Source: Octopus vulgaris
Taxonomy: Eukaryota
Reading direction: 5' to 3'
Assembly: GCA_951406725.2 (NCBI GenBank)
Contig: OX597832.1
Span: 61,256,001-61,320,000 of the forward strand
Length of the DNA stretch: 64,000 bases
In this document: positions 27,773-42,640 of the stretch, in pieces
Layout of the letters: every line of letters begins with the position of its first letter
Position numbering within the stretch: position 1 is the stretch's first letter
Notes under the pieces: generated by a model
What the model saw: the letters and a program-made list of their open reading frames with translations, nothing else
What the model was told of the DNA's origin: nothing
The model's database searches: none
Position numbers and translations under genes: made by a program

Positions 27773-28086
27773 GCTCCCATCCACATATTGTTGGAGTTAC
27801 GGGTTACCAAACACCGGGTGGAATCTCTGGAATTGCTTCCGTATTTGGTTCGTATTCTCCGATAATAGCCACGAGTGTGGTCTGCTTCCCTTTTCATATG
27901 CCACGATCTTAATTGATCCTTTTTAATCATTGTTTACTTATCTGTAACTCAATGGAATAAAGCGTTCCGTGGTGACCCGCTGTGCGCTTGTAACACCGAC
28001 TGCAACCGAGCCAAACAACCGTAATGGTGAAACGCTCAGAGTAACCATAATACAAACTTGTTTTCCCACTTCTCCTCCCTTCTCTC

Positions 28087-28135
<49 letters not shown>

Positions 28136-28164
28136 TTGTGTGTGCGTGCATGTGTATATGTGTG

Positions 28165-28219
<55 letters not shown>

Positions 28220-28283
28220 TAGATAGATAGATATATTAAATGTTGAAGTGAATCTAACGGTTTTTGCGTGTTTTTAAATGGCC

Positions 28284-28748
28284 TTAGATGCCAAGAACCC
28301 TTCTAAGTATTCTAGTTGTCCCTACTAACACTTTTCTGCAGCTGCAGTGAATTGGGTTTTATGTCTATTTCCTCTATCCATCTGTTCAGATCTTTAGGGA
28401 TAGTTCTAAATGCACCTATAACTACTGGGATACATTTTACCCACACTTTCCATTGTTTCTGTAATTCGATAGCTAGGTCCTGGTACTTTGCTATTTTTTC
28501 TATACTTCTCATATTGACCTTTTTCATCATTTGGGACTGCAGAGATCAATTATCTGGCACTTTCTATTTCCTTTATCTACCTCTACCAAATCAGTCCTTC
28601 TAGATCCTATTACTTTTTCATACTTTCTAGTACTTTACTAGGTTCATGCTCATACCATTTATCAGTATGTTCAAATCCTAGCCTTCTACATAATACCCAT
28701 TGGATTACTCTACCTAGGATGTCATGTCTTTTCTTGTGTTCCAGCATG
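28284..28748 (-). pseudogene. R4/Dong-like RLE LINE, endonuclease-domain fragment of a second subfamily
   Basis: HKKRHDILGRVIQWVLCRRLGFEHTDKWYEHEPSKVLE ... EKIAKYQDLAIELQKQW...IPVVIGAF...LQKSV...TTRILRRVLGI*; has the RHD and KxxKY motifs. The 5' truncation abuts (ATC)/(ATT)n. Confidence 0.85.
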
Positions 28749-28750
28749 CT

Positions 28751-28788
<38 letters not shown>

Positions 28789-28809
28789 TATTATTATTAT
28801 TATTATTAT

Positions 28810-28914
28810 GGTTTCCTTTAATTATACCGGGCATCCTCCGGAGGCTCAACTTATCTCCACATTTATTCCATTTTAGATGGAGAGTGCTTTCCGTAGCATA
28901 TACTGGCCAGTACC
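28810..28914 (-). mobile_element. ~105-bp extreme 3' stub of an R4/Dong-like LINE between (TAA)n tracts
   Basis: Minus strand translates GTGQYMLRKALSI*, followed by a short UTR running into (TAA)n. Confidence 0.55.
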
Positions 28915-29154
28915 AATTATTATTATCGTTGTTGTTGTTGTTGTGGTTGTTCTTCTTGTTCTTCTTGTTCTTCTTGTTCTTGTTCTTGTTCTTGTTCTTG
29001 TTCTTGTTCTTCTTCTTCTTGTTCTTCTTCTTCTTCTTCTTCTTCTTCTTCTTCTTCTTCTTCTTCTTCTTCTTCTTCCACTTCTTCTTCCTCTTCTTCT
29101 CCTTCTTCCTCCTCCTCCTCTTCCCCTTCATCTTTTTATTATTGTTGTAGTTGC

Positions 29155-29203
<49 letters not shown>

Positions 29204-29388
29204 CTTCTTCTTCTTCTTCTTCTTCTTCTTCTTCTTCTTCTTCTTCTTCTTGGTTTTAATGTATCAATTTTTCTTCATTATATTTTTTTAATGGCTTGAT
29301 TTATTTATATGGTAGACGAAATAGCACTGGGAACAGAAAGAGCAAAAGAAGAAAAAGAACATATATTAGTAACAGTAGTAGTAATAGT

Positions 29389-29475
<87 letters not shown>

Positions 29476-29536
29476 TGTTGTAGTTGTAGTTTTGATGACG
29501 ATAATGAAAATATTAATATTGATGACGATGATGATA

Positions 29537-29577
<41 letters not shown>

Positions 29578-29640
29578 AGTTGTGGTGGTGGTGGTGGTGG
29601 TGGTGGTGGTGGTGGAGGTGGTGATGGTGATGATGAAAAT
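28915..29640. repeat. Compound (TTC)/(TTG)/(GTA)/(GAT)/(GGT)n arrays
   Basis: Directly visible. Confidence 0.95.
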
Positions 29641-29777
29641 TATGTTGGTGAAGAAGGAAAGCAAGATAAGGTTGTATTTTATTCCTATTTTATATCGGAT
29701 TCTTCCATAACTGGAGCTGCAAGCTGCAGGTTTCTATTTTTGATACAACAGAGACAGATTTATCCAGCAGCAATTGG

Positions 29778-29817
<40 letters not shown>

Positions 29818-29879
29818 TGCGCGCACACTCGCACTCACACACAAATACATACATGCATATATATATCTTATATATATAT

Positions 29880-29940
<61 letters not shown>

Positions 29941-30882
29941 ATATATATATATACGTATATATGTATGCATTTATCTATCTGTATTTATATTTCTACTCAG
30001 AGGATATCTCTCTCAGGATGTCCTCCTCGCTTGAAGGTTAATCTCAACATTCTTAAGAGACCGATGCAAAACTTTATCTCACTCAATCACCCCCCTCCTC
30101 CTCACATACTAATATCTCCCTAACCGTTTCTCTCTCTCTCTCTCTCTATCTATCTACGTCACTCGTTCCCGCGCTTCCAGTGGGTCTCTTTCTTCGCCTT
30201 TCTTACTCACTCTTTACCTCTCTCTTTCTGTTTTTTTCTTGAAGTAGTTAAGACAGTTTGTCGATCACCGTTTATGGCTAACTTGTAGAGATAACTTGAA
30301 GATTTGGCTGTTGGAATGACATGTCTATATTATGGATCGATGGAAGAGGCCGATAAATAGTCTCATGGCTTCCATAATAAAACGGAAAGAAATATAATAG
30401 AATAATGAAAATAATATTAAAGAAAAGAAATATTAAAGAAAACACTGCTGTATTTCGTTCTTGTCCAACTTATATAGCCATTTTGTTATTCGCGTATGCG
30501 CGTGTATGTGACAGTGCGCATATACATACATACATGCATACATACATGCATACATGAATATATATATATACATATATGTAATTATTTATATATATATGCG
30601 TATATATTCAGTATATATATATATATATATATATTCAGTATATATATACATACATATATATATATATATAATTATTTATATATATATACATACACATATA
30701 TATGTATATATATATATATATTTATATATAATTATTTATATATATATACGTATATATATATATACATATATATACGTATATTTACATAAATATACATTCA
30801 TATATGTATGTGTATATATATGTATACACACACACACACATATACATATATATGTACATATATACACATACATATATGTATG

Positions 30883-30946
<64 letters not shown>

Positions 30947-31818
30947 CATTTGCATATATGTATACATATCCATGAATAAACATTTATATATAACGATATG
31001 ATTGCAAATATATGCATATATATATACATTATATTCGCATACCCCCTCCACACACACACACACATGCGCGCACATACAGTGAACAGGATCATCCATTATC
31101 GTCTCCCCGCCTATCTTCAGAATCGTTCGTATTCCGCGTTTCTGCAGGATTGTAGACTTAGCTGTTATATTGCTCCCGTCTCTAGCAAGATCCTCCTCTG
31201 ATCGCAAGATATAATATCCCAAAATACATTCTTTTGGCAACCAACCTCAGCTTCCAAACAAAACACCAGCCTCCCTGTGTCCTGCAGGCTCTCTCTCCAT
31301 CTCACTCGTTCATTCTCTTTCTCTTCCCCGTCGTCGTCGTCGTCGTCATCATCATCATCACCATCATCGGTTTTCGTCGTCGTTCTTCGATTATTTATGT
31401 GATCATTTCACATCATATTGGCCTACAAAATTATTTCAGTAGATAACATCGAGAAATTTATTTGCTTTCGTATCTCGCTTTTCCCATTCTCGCTCACTTC
31501 CTCCTCCGCCTCCTCTTCCCTTCTCCGCTCATCTCTCCGTCTCCGCTCATTTCTCCGTCTCTGGCTTCCTCTTCCCCCCTTCGTCGTCGCTGCCCGCCCA
31601 CAGATAGCTTTCTCTCTACTTTCATTTCTCGTTCGCTCTCTCTATGTTTGAACACACGCACATACACACACGCACACACACACACGCACACACTCACACA
31701 CATACACATGTATGTATAGTATGAGAATGAGAAGGAGAGTGAGAGAGAGCGGCGAGAGAAAGACTGATAGATGCAATAAATATATCTGTGTATGACTGTG
31801 GTTCTCCACTATGTCACA

Positions 31819-31908
<90 letters not shown>

Positions 31909-32121
31909 GAATGGGGAGAAAGAGAAAGAATGAGAGAGAAGGAAACGATTAGATTCATCAGTTGATACATAGCTATGTCCTCACGCACGTGTATGCATGC
32001 GTGTGCACACGCACACACATATACACACACATTTATACCTAAATAGAAACAGTTATACAAACACACCCGTATATGTATGTATCTATCTCTCCGTCCACCA
32101 TTTCTCTCTTTCTCTCTCTCT

Positions 32122-32156
<35 letters not shown>

Positions 32157-32229
32157 TATATATATATGTTTGTCTGTTTGTGTTTGTGCGTGTGTGTGAG
32201 AGAGAGAGTGTGTGTATCTGTGTGTGTGT

Positions 32230-32265
<36 letters not shown>

Positions 32266-33607
32266 TAGAGGTGTATAAGAAAAGACAGATGATAGAAATA
32301 TATCTTTCTGTAATCTATCTGTTCCTATATCTCTATTACCGAGCATTTCTCCGTCTATTTATCTGCTTATCTTTCTTCCACTTCTATAAATCGCCGTTTC
32401 TATGAGAACGAAAGAAGCAATCTTACATACTTATACAGTTCCGCTTGAAGATTGTATTTGCAAAGCCTGCTTCTGCTGTGGACTTCCTTTTCCTGGAAAT
32501 TCCAGTTTCTCCGGATTACCATTTGGACTTTTACTAAAGCATAGCGCCACACCCTCATCTCCAGAAACCTTAATTTATGACCCGGAAGCAGAAGCCCTAT
32601 GTTTCAAAACTGTTATTCATAAGTATCCATATCCTCTCTGATTTTAATAAACTGTTCACAAATAGATGGAAGATGACCCCGCAACATCATTGTCATCATC
32701 ATCATCATCATCATCATCGACTCCTATCTTGAAACCTTGGACTCATGTGACCGGGTACCCGGTTACCATGGCGCGTAAGTGGCTGAAATCACCCCCAACC
32801 GACCCTGAACAGCATACCAGCTCGTCGGGGGTTTATTCATTACCGCTGAGTGAATTGTGAATTGGAAGAATGTGAAATGAAGTGCTTTGACGAAGAACAC
32901 AACGGACCGCTCGATCTGAGATTTGATACCACGATTTTGCGATCGTTAGTGCAACCACTTGGCTACGAGCATTCAATTGATCCCGATAGCTTTACGCGTA
33001 TTTCTTCCCTTTATTCTATTAAGTCCCAATTTGGTAGAAGTTTTGATGAAGAATTTCCACTCTCCTCGTGCTGAAGCGTGTATACGCACGCAGTATCTCT
33101 ATTTATCCCCACGCTATCTTTACTCAATGCTGTTCTATAGTGTTTTAGCAACGGCGTCATGTCACCAGATTGCGAGGTGGAACATTTATGATATTTTGTA
33201 TAGCTGCTGATCACATGTCTAATATCTTCCACAGAAAGCAAGATAATCGACATTTTCGGTCGCATCTTGAGGAGGTTTTCCGCTTCATAGTTTCTTTAGT
33301 TCATTAGGTATATTAAAGTTCTATCTCTGAGTAACTTTAAAGCATAGTGATATAACAACCACGAGGCCAAAAAGAAGACGCACGCTCAATCATATACACA
33401 CACACGCACATCCATATGCGCACTTCCTTGTCCGTTTTATCTTCAAGTTTACACACATATCTATCTAATGCATGACTTTCTTTGTGATTTTTTTCCACCC
33501 ATTCTTTATTGGGTCATGTTAATCCAGTAATTTTGGAATCGCACGAAACATAAGCCGTATTTGATAACAAATTGGTACAAGTAATGTTGAGAATCCTTCT
33601 ATCATAC

Positions 33608-34350
33608 CTATTCAATGTATCCACCGTTAGCGTCATTGACTGCTTCAATAGAGGGTCGGAAACGTTGAAGTACCCGAACTAGATGCTTTTTATCGATTTC
33701 AGATAAAGTTCTGGTTAGTGCGGACTTCAGAAATTGTATGGTTTTATGGGGATGTTGATTGGCCTCTCTCTCGACTAAACCCCATACCTAATAGTCCAGT
33801 GGATTGCGATCTGGTGAACCACGAAGCCATGTGTACAGAGTAACATGGTTATGGATTGTCCTAGCCTTATGACACGGCACAGAATCTTGTTGTAAAAACG
33901 TACGTTCTTCTGTTGCATATTCTGTCGATCCAGGACCTCACAACTTTTTCCTTCACTTCTGTGTAGACAGCGGCATCAACTCTTAGACACTGTGAAAAGA
34001 AAAATGTGAGGAAGTCATGACATCTTCCTCGTTGTTGACGGTTTCCAGTACTACAACGGTTGCTAGGAAATTGATATGGAACTTCACTCGGGTCTTTGGA
34101 TAACCATCTGTCGTTCAGTCGGTTTACCTTCTCATCGGAGAAAAACCAAAGCATTCCAGCCTCTCGAGTGTTTTAACTTGTTTGGCAAGTGCTTTGCGTG
34201 GATTGAACGATTCTCTCGTGTCACATCCGACATAAACTGACCCCTCCACTTCACATACGACTTGGGTCTGATGTCCTCATCCACAGCTATTCTGATGGTG
34301 CATTCTGAAACCTTGAGGTTCTTTGCAATGACTTTGATTGACTTTCCAGC
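33608..34350 (-). pseudogene. Decayed Tc1/mariner-superfamily transposase, maT/DD37D-like
   Basis: KSIKVIAKNLKVSECTIRIAVDEDIR.KSY, WFFSDEK, NDRWLSKDPSEVP, VVRSWIDRI...YVF, SPDRNPLDY*VWG and C-terminal RFRPSIEAVNDANGGYIE*; frameshifted. Confidence 0.85.
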
Positions 34351-34382
34351 GATTATTATCAATTATTCTTTTTATATTTTAT

Positions 34383-34817
34383 CCTTTACTTGTTCCAGTC
34401 ATTTGAATGCGGCCATGCTGGGGCACCGCCTTGGAGGGTTTTAGTGGAACAAATCGACCCCCGGGACATATTTCTCTAAGCATAGTACTTATTCTATCGG
34501 TCTCTTCTGCTGAATCGCAATGTTGCAGTAACATAAACACACCAACACCGGTTGTCAAGCGGTGGTGGGAGACAAACGCAGACACAAGGACACACTCACA
34601 CACATACGCATGCGCACAAACACAAATGAACACACACTCATGCGTGTATATACGACGGGCTTCATTCAGTTTCCGTCTACCATGTCCGCGCATGAAGCTT
34701 TAGTTGGCCCGAGGCTATAGTAAAAGACACTTGTCCAAGGTGCCACGCAGTGGAACTTGAACCCAGAACGATGTGGTTGGGAGCCCAGATTCTTACCAAA
34801 CAGCCATGCCTGCGCCT
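34383..34817 (-). mobile_element. SINE family A, full length
   Basis: Reverse complement of the family A head, body and tail; abuts the 5' end of the transposase remnant. Confidence 0.9.
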
Positions 34818-35697
34818 ATTTCCTGAACTTTTCGTACAAAGTGATGCGTCCTGATGGATTTTGGACCCTGGGCGTGCATTTTGTATTTAGCTGCTGATGT
34901 AGAATCCCTGTCAGCAGCTTTTAGTTCCTTTCTAAGGATCGGGCGACTTTCAGGAAGTGACGTACCACTGTATGGTTGTTGTTGTTGTTGTTGTTGTTCT
35001 CCTCCTCCTCCTCTTTCTTCTTTTTCTTCTTCTTCTTCTTCTTCTTCTTCTTCTTTTTCTTTTTCTTCTTCTTCTTCTTCTTCTTCTTCTTCTTCTTCTT
35101 CTTCTTCTTTTTGTTGTTGTTGTTGTTGCTGTTCTTCTTTTTGTTCTTTTTTTTTTTGTCTTTCTTTTTCTTCATCTCCCTTCCCCTCCTCCTCCTCCTC
35201 CGCCTTCTCTTCCTCCTCCTGCTCCCCCGCTTCCCAACTCCCACCATCACCACCATCACCACCACCACAGCCTCCTGCACCTCCTCCTCTTCCTCCTCCT
35301 CCTCTTTCTTCTTCTTCTTCTTCTTCTTCTTCTTCTTCTTCTTCTTCTTTCCACTCCTGGTCCCTGAGACCTTCACTCAATGGCGTCCCATCTATGCAGA
35401 TCGAATGTTTTTCCTTTTTCGTTATTTTTTCTGCACATACTACTTTCCAACAAATATTTCGTTTCATTTTCAAAACAGGAACTGCACTTGATTTCTTCAT
35501 GTAAAAAAAAAACAAAAAACAAAAATAAGGATGAAAAAAAAAGCACGACGGTTGTGGTAAGGAAGAGATTTGACTACTATTTCTAGCAGATCAAAATACC
35601 ACATAGAGATTTCTTCATTCGTTGGCTCATCAAAAGTTTGGTGTAAATACTGTACAATCAATAGTCAATCATTGTCGCCATTATTTCGCTACAACTC

Positions 35698-35744
<47 letters not shown>

Positions 35745-36244
35745 CACTTTCCCACACACATAATACATACTACATATATACATACATACACACATACATA
35801 TCTAATTTAAATGGCTTCCATCTATGACTTCTTGCTCGGCTATGATACTCTCAAACAACAATGGAAGCCAATATCTTTTCTTTCCATTTCTTCCATTCTG
35901 GGTTCCAACTATTGCCTTAACAGAACCATTTTCGTTGCTTGAGGGGTCGCATGTTTTCTTCTTCGGCAACTATTGTCTGTTTTAATCAAAGAAATATAGC
36001 AGAAAGCCCAGAGATTTTTAGATTCTTTTCTCCTGTTTTATTCTTCTTTTTCTCTAGACGCTGATCCGGCCATGAAAACACAGTATCTCCGTTGCATACA
36101 GGCGATATCGTTCACTGTATTACATGAATAATGTAGAATACAACATAGCATACAATATCTCCTCTCTGTTTGTACATACATACATACATACATACATATA
36201 TACGTACATCTACATATGAATATACATGCACACACATTCTCTCT

Positions 36245-36290
<46 letters not shown>

Positions 36291-36501
36291 GCATATATAT
36301 AGATATATACACCAACACGCGCATACACTATGGCTTGATTGCTGTTTGAAGAATTTTTTGTATTTCCTGCTTCTTGTTTAGATTTTTACAGACGCATCTA
36401 TACACATATAAATATATTCATACAAACATACATACGCGTGTCTAGGTATGTATACATGAGTAGATATTTCTATATGTATAAATGAATATATTACACACAC
36501 G

Positions 36502-36533
<32 letters not shown>

Positions 36534-36697
36534 CATATATATGTGTAAACATATATGTATATATATATATATAAATATATACGTATAAATATATACGTAT
36601 AAACATATATGTATATACATATATATGTATAAACGTATATGTATATATATACATTTATACGTATAAACATATATGTATGTATATATGCATATATATG

Positions 36698-36731
<34 letters not shown>

Positions 36732-37086
36732 AACATACATGCATATATATATATATATATATATGCATAAACATATACACACATATATGTGTTTTTTGTT
36801 ATATATATATATATTTTTTTGCATTTTCTCTCGTTATTGTTTCTTCGACTGTTTACTCACACACACTTGCGCGCGCCCGCACACACGTATTATTTTTCTT
36901 CCTTCTTGTATATTCCCCGGTAGACAAACGTTGCGCAAACATCTCACGAGTTACAGTTCGGGTTGACAGCTGCATTATACTAGTAATACCAACAACAACA
37001 ACCACAACCACAACGACAACAATAATAACAATAATAACAATAACAACAACACTGATGATACTACTGCTACTATTACTACCACTACC

Positions 37087-37118
<32 letters not shown>

Positions 37119-37214
37119 CACTACTACTACTACTACCACCATCACCACCACCACCACCACCATCACTACCACTTCTACTACTACTACTACTACCACCACC
37201 ACCACCACTACTAA

Positions 37215-37270
<56 letters not shown>

Positions 37271-38141
37271 ATAATAATAATAATAATAACAACAGCAGTA
37301 ATAACAATAGTAGTAGTGTGATCATTAATGATGCGTTGGTTTTCCAATAGGATAATGAGGATAATTGTAATAAACATATCAATGTTAATAACGATTATAA
37401 TAAAGATGGCGCCTGTGGTGGTGATGACGAGGACAGCGACGATGATGATGATGATGATGATGCTGTTGTAAACGATGACGACGGTGAAACAGAATACCAG
37501 TGCTAACTTATATATTATTAAACTGTGTTTGTTTGTCTTGAAATCCTGCCTGGTTCCAGATAGAAAGCGTTTTTGCGAAACATAAAAGGGAAAATGGATT
37601 TGCATTCGCATAGAAAAATGGTAAATACAACAAGTAAATAAATAAACAAACGAATAAATAAATAAAGAAATAAATAATAAAGTGAATAATAAAATAAATA
37701 GACAAATGTAGAAATTACTAAAACAAATAAATAAATAAATAAATAAATATATAAATAAATAAATAAATATATAAACGGAATGAATATCATTATTCTCAAT
37801 CCAGATATTTCTCGTTTGTCTTCGTCACGTGGGTGGCATGAGGAAGAATGGTCACAAAACAAAGAATATACACTCGCAAGTACGTACACCAATTCTTACA
37901 TATAAACATCTTTATATACATGCATGAATGCATGCATACATACATACGTACGTACGTACGTACATACATTGCACATACATAAAAACACACATACGGACAT
38001 ACCTAATGTATAATAAATACCTCTGTAGACACACTTATTGGTTTTTCCTTGATGAGCTTCTAACAAGATTAGAAAGTAGTCAAGAAGAGCCGTTTTCTCC
38101 TCCGTACACACACAAACACACATACACATACACACACACAA

Positions 38142-38198
<57 letters not shown>

Positions 38199-38334
38199 CG
38201 TAGGCGTGGGTGTGTGCTAAGGAGGTTGCTTACTTACACATCGTTCCGGGTTGGGGGACAAACACCCGACATCTGTTTTCAAGAGGTGTTGGGGGACAAA
38301 CACAGACACAAAGACATACAGACATAAATGTATG

Positions 38335-38366
<32 letters not shown>

Positions 38367-38629
38367 CACAAGCGAGTGTGTGACTGTGTTCGTGCGCGTG
38401 TGCCTGTATCTCTACGTTCGTCTTTACGTTTAACTCCGCTTTAAAAGTCGGTGTCTGCGTGTCACAAGCTCTGGTGGATTGCGACCAATCGCTAAAAATG
38501 CGTCAGACTTAAAAATAAACGGATGGTTGATAAGTTCAACCAATTATTTCAAGGCGTTGCCCCAACGTAGCGGCAAGAAGAAAAGAGGCCAGAAAGGCAT
38601 TACGACTAGATACAAAAAGGAATATATAT

Positions 38630-39030
38630 AGGCGCAGAAAAGGCTGTGTGGTAAGTAGCTTGCTTACTAACCACATGGTCCCGGGTTCTGTCCCACTGCG
38701 TAGCACCTTGGGCTAGTATCTTCTACTATAGCCTCGGGCCGTCCAAAGCCTTGTGAGTTGATTTGGTAGACGGAATCTGAAAGAAGCCCGTCGTATATGT
38801 ATATATGTATGTGTGTGTATATATTTGTGTGTGTGTTTGTACCCCACCCCCAACATCGCTTGACACCTGATGCTGGTGTGTTTACATTCCGGTGACATTA
38901 GCGGGTCGGCAAAATGTGACCGATAGAATAAGTACTAGGCTGACAAAGAATAAGTCCTGGGGCCGACTTCCTCGATTAAAGGCGGTGCTCCAGGATGGAC
39001 GCAGTCAAAATCGCTGAAACAAGTAAAAGA
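38630..39030 (+). mobile_element. SINE family A, full length
   Basis: aggcgcagaaaaggctgtgtggtaagtagcttgc...gaaacaagtaaaaga. Confidence 0.9.
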
Positions 39031-39710
39031 ATATAAGAATATATGGTTTCATAATCATTAAAAAAAACAAAACTGAACGAACGGATTAGAATCCACTTCA
39101 GCTAAAATTCGAACCCTTGCGAAGAATAGATTAAAGCAAAATGAAAATGAGTTTACGTTACGTAGCAGATTATTAGCAAACTACGTAGGATTCAACATTT
39201 TGCATAGTAAAAATTCCCCAAGCTCAGCATTTATAAGCATTCAGCATTGAGAGAACGTAAGTGTGCCACGGTGCCGTATTTCCCTTCCACGCTCGTGTCC
39301 TCCACCTTATCTGGCGTTGAAATGTTCTTCCGTATTTCTTGTAATATAATATTAGCGAAAACTAATCTGTTTTCAATAGGAATATCTTAGCAGAGAAAAT
39401 ATACTTTATCCTTATTTATTAAACCCTCTCTAAAAATATATGAAGGTAAGCTAAACTTTATTTACCTGGTATAAAACGGCTGAGAGGTACAGGAGCTCCC
39501 TTTACAAACAAAAGTAAACGAAGAAATAGCATCGAAAAGCCTCGTTCATAAGTTCAAACGGAATGATAATAGATCACCACTACACATATATACATAGATA
39601 CATACACACACCATACACATGCACACACACACCACACACACTCACACACACACGCACACACACACAGACACACACTAATATATATGTTTATATATATATA
39701 TATATGTAAT

Positions 39711-40245
39711 AAGGCGGTGAGCTGGCAGAAACGTTAGGAGTTCAAATTCTGCCGAGGTCGACTTTGCCTTTCATCCTTTCGGGGTCGATAAATTAAGTAC
39801 CAGTTACACACTGGGGTCGATGTAATTGACTTAATCCGTTTGTCTGTCCTTGTTTGTCCTCTCAGTGTTTAGCCCCTTGTGGGTAGTAAAGAAATAGGTA
39901 TTTCGTCTATCTTTATATTCTGAGTTCAAATTCCGCCAAGGTCGACTTTGCCTTTCATCCTTTCGGGGCCGATTAAATAAGTACCAGTTTAGCACTGGGG
40001 TCAATATAATCGACTTAATCCGTTTATCTCCCCTTGTTTGTCCTCTCTGTGTTTAGCCCCTTGTGGGTAGTAAAGAAGTATTTCGTCTCCCTTTACGTTC
40101 CGAGTTCAAATCCCTCCGAGTTCGACTTTGCCTTTCATCCTTTCAGGGTCGATAAATTAAATACCAGTTACGTACTGGGGTCGATCTAATCGACTGGCCC
40201 CCTCCCCCAAAATATTTCGGGCCTAGTGCCTAGAGCAGAAAGAAT
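39711..40245 (+). mobile_element. SINE family B tandem trimer (~180-184-bp period)
   Basis: gagttcaaat core recurs at 39738, 39922 and 40102. Units 1-2 end in tail type 1 (...agccccttgtgggtagtaaagaa) and unit 3 in tail type 2 (gactggccccctccc...gggcctagtgcctaga). Confidence 0.9.
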
Positions 40246-40258
40246 ATATGTATATACG

Positions 40259-40403
<145 letters not shown>

Positions 40404-41759
40404 TGAATGTCTGTTTCTGCATACAAACACAAACGCGCGCACCCTTTTACATTCACATATGTCAATTCAAGTATTTGTTCATATATTTTTAGGTATGTAG
40501 GTGTGTGGTAAGAAGTTGGCCTCTCAACTACATGGTTCCGGGTTCAGTCCACCTGCGTGGCATCTTGGATACGTGTCTTCTACTATAGTCTCGTACCGAC
40601 CAAAGCCTGCCTCCAAAAACCACATTGTCATCTGACGAAAATAGAGATCTATTGGAATGGGCTTTGACTATTATTTCTACCGGGTCAGGCGATTACTTGT
40701 AGTTTTTTCGTTGGTTCATGAAAGTAATGTGTTCAAATCTGTCGAAAGGCAGGTGCTTTGTCGGTGAATTTAGGCAGTAAACTTAACTATAAGCACCTCG
40801 TTTCACACAGACGTGGGTAATAGAACGTTTCTGAATGTCAGTTGTGAGAGACCTGCGTATATAAGACATAGCAGATTGAAAACTAACTTCTGTCTGCTTA
40901 ACACTGTATGTCTAACGTCCAGTATTGTTTAGTATTGGATATTTAATATTAGATATGTAGCGCTTGATCTATAGCGTAAGGCAATACATGTTCTTCGCAG
41001 TATTGTGAAGCATTTTAAAAGATACAGTTTCTAAGACGGCATGATTTAATGTACATTGCATGAAGTGGTTAAAAGTTAAATATTTCTTTAACAACTCACT
41101 TCGAATAAACGAATATTAGCAACGTACTTCCATTAAGGGCTTATTAATGATTTATACTAATTAAAAGTTTATTACCGACATACCTTGAATAATAGTGGAT
41201 AAAGAAAAATATCCTGAAATCGGTAATATAATGAATACATTTTTATTGGTAGAGAATTTTAAGTGTACTTCTGTTAACTACGAACATAAAGTTAAGGAGT
41301 TCCTTTCGCAATCAAGTCGACCTCGGCGGTATTGTGCAGTAAGCGAGAGAAAAGGATTCGACTATAGTCTTGGTTCGGCCAAAGACGTGTCAAGGATATT
41401 TGCCAAGCAGGAACATACATACACACATATACACACACACACATACATACATACATACATACATACATACATACATACATACATACATACATACATACAT
41501 ACATACATACATACATACATACATACATACATACATACATGCATGCATACATACATACATACATACATAAATACATACATACATACATACATACACAAAC
41601 ACACAGCTATATATATATAAAGATATTATTAATAAAAATAATAAGTGGCTAGCAAGCATAAAATAACCATAAAGGTAGAAATTATTAATTTATAATCAGG
41701 ATACAAGATAGCGCACAGCATTGCTAGAAATAAGAGTCAAAACGGCTTAAAACCATACA

Positions 41760-41828
<69 letters not shown>

Positions 41829-42002
41829 ACACATATATAAATATAAAAGAACGATATTATTCCTAAAAATAATAACATTAGTGGTCGCGCGCGTAAAAGC
41901 CATATAGGTAAAATTAATAATTATATATAAGATATAGAAATATATTTGTATATGCTAAGGTACTACACAAGCACACACACACACACACACACATACACAC
42001 AC

Positions 42003-42200
42003 CTCGTGTGTACAGTTGGCGATTTTTTTCCTCTGTCTTCCCTTCTCTGGATCTTTCCTTCTCCTATGTTTCCGACGAAGAGCTCTGCTCGAAACGTTAA
42101 ACCTTCCTTCTTTCCGTCTTTCCTGAGCGTCCAATAATACTATATTTGTTCCACGTCCTCGCGTTGTTGTTTTTTTTGTGTTTTCTTGTTTGGATTAACT
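42003..42200 (+). mobile_element. Hammerhead-bearing short element (family H1)
   Basis: gttt CCGACGA a gagc-tct-gctc GAAA cgtt aaac at 42068-42102 (stem I gttt/aaac); ends ggattaact(AT)n. Confidence 0.8.
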
Positions 42201-42334
42201 ATATATATATGACCTTTTTTCACAAAGTTTCCGTTTACAAAATTCACTTAGAACAGAAGACACTCGTCCAAAGTGTCGCGAAATGGCACGGAATCTAAAA
42301 CCCTGTGGTTGGGAAGTGAACTTCTTTACTACAC

Positions 42335-42628
42335 GTTATAACAGGGAACTGAGAATAAAATATTTGAAGGCGATGAACCAGCATGAACAAAATAAGAAAC
42401 AGCAAAAAAAACTTTATTAGGAGCCTTCACTGAAAATAAGCTGTTGCTTAACAGTGGAGGTTTTCTCTTAAAAACCAAAGATGTATGTAGGAAATCCAGC
42501 CAGGTAAGATGGCTGTGAACATAGAGAGGTAAGTGGCTATTTTTAACATGACATCCATACGTCATCACTGGTCCTGAAAGTGTTTTAAGATGTGGAGATA
42601 TGGATGGGAGCTGTTTAGCTTTAGGCAC
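42335..42628 (-). pseudogene. Possible decayed LINE RT C-terminal fragment
   Basis: LKTLSGPVMTYGCHV...WLDFLH...PPLLSNSLFSV...GSSPSNILFSVP loosely follows the CR1/Jockey post-RT pattern (RPxMEYxxHVW...LD...GxxxxxLxxxVP). Confidence 0.3.
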
Positions 42629-42640
42629 ATGGAGCTTAAA

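Noticed and set aside
31092-31240. Non-repetitive minus-strand peptide ILRSEEDLARDGSNITAKSTILQKRGIRTILKIGGE as an exon
   Set aside because: No recognisable homology, it starts at a non-ATG codon, and the frame runs into microsatellite.
34793-35515. 240-aa Glu/Gln/Gly-rich ORF and overlapping ORFs
   Set aside because: Open in several frames because of trinucleotide arrays; no domain signal.
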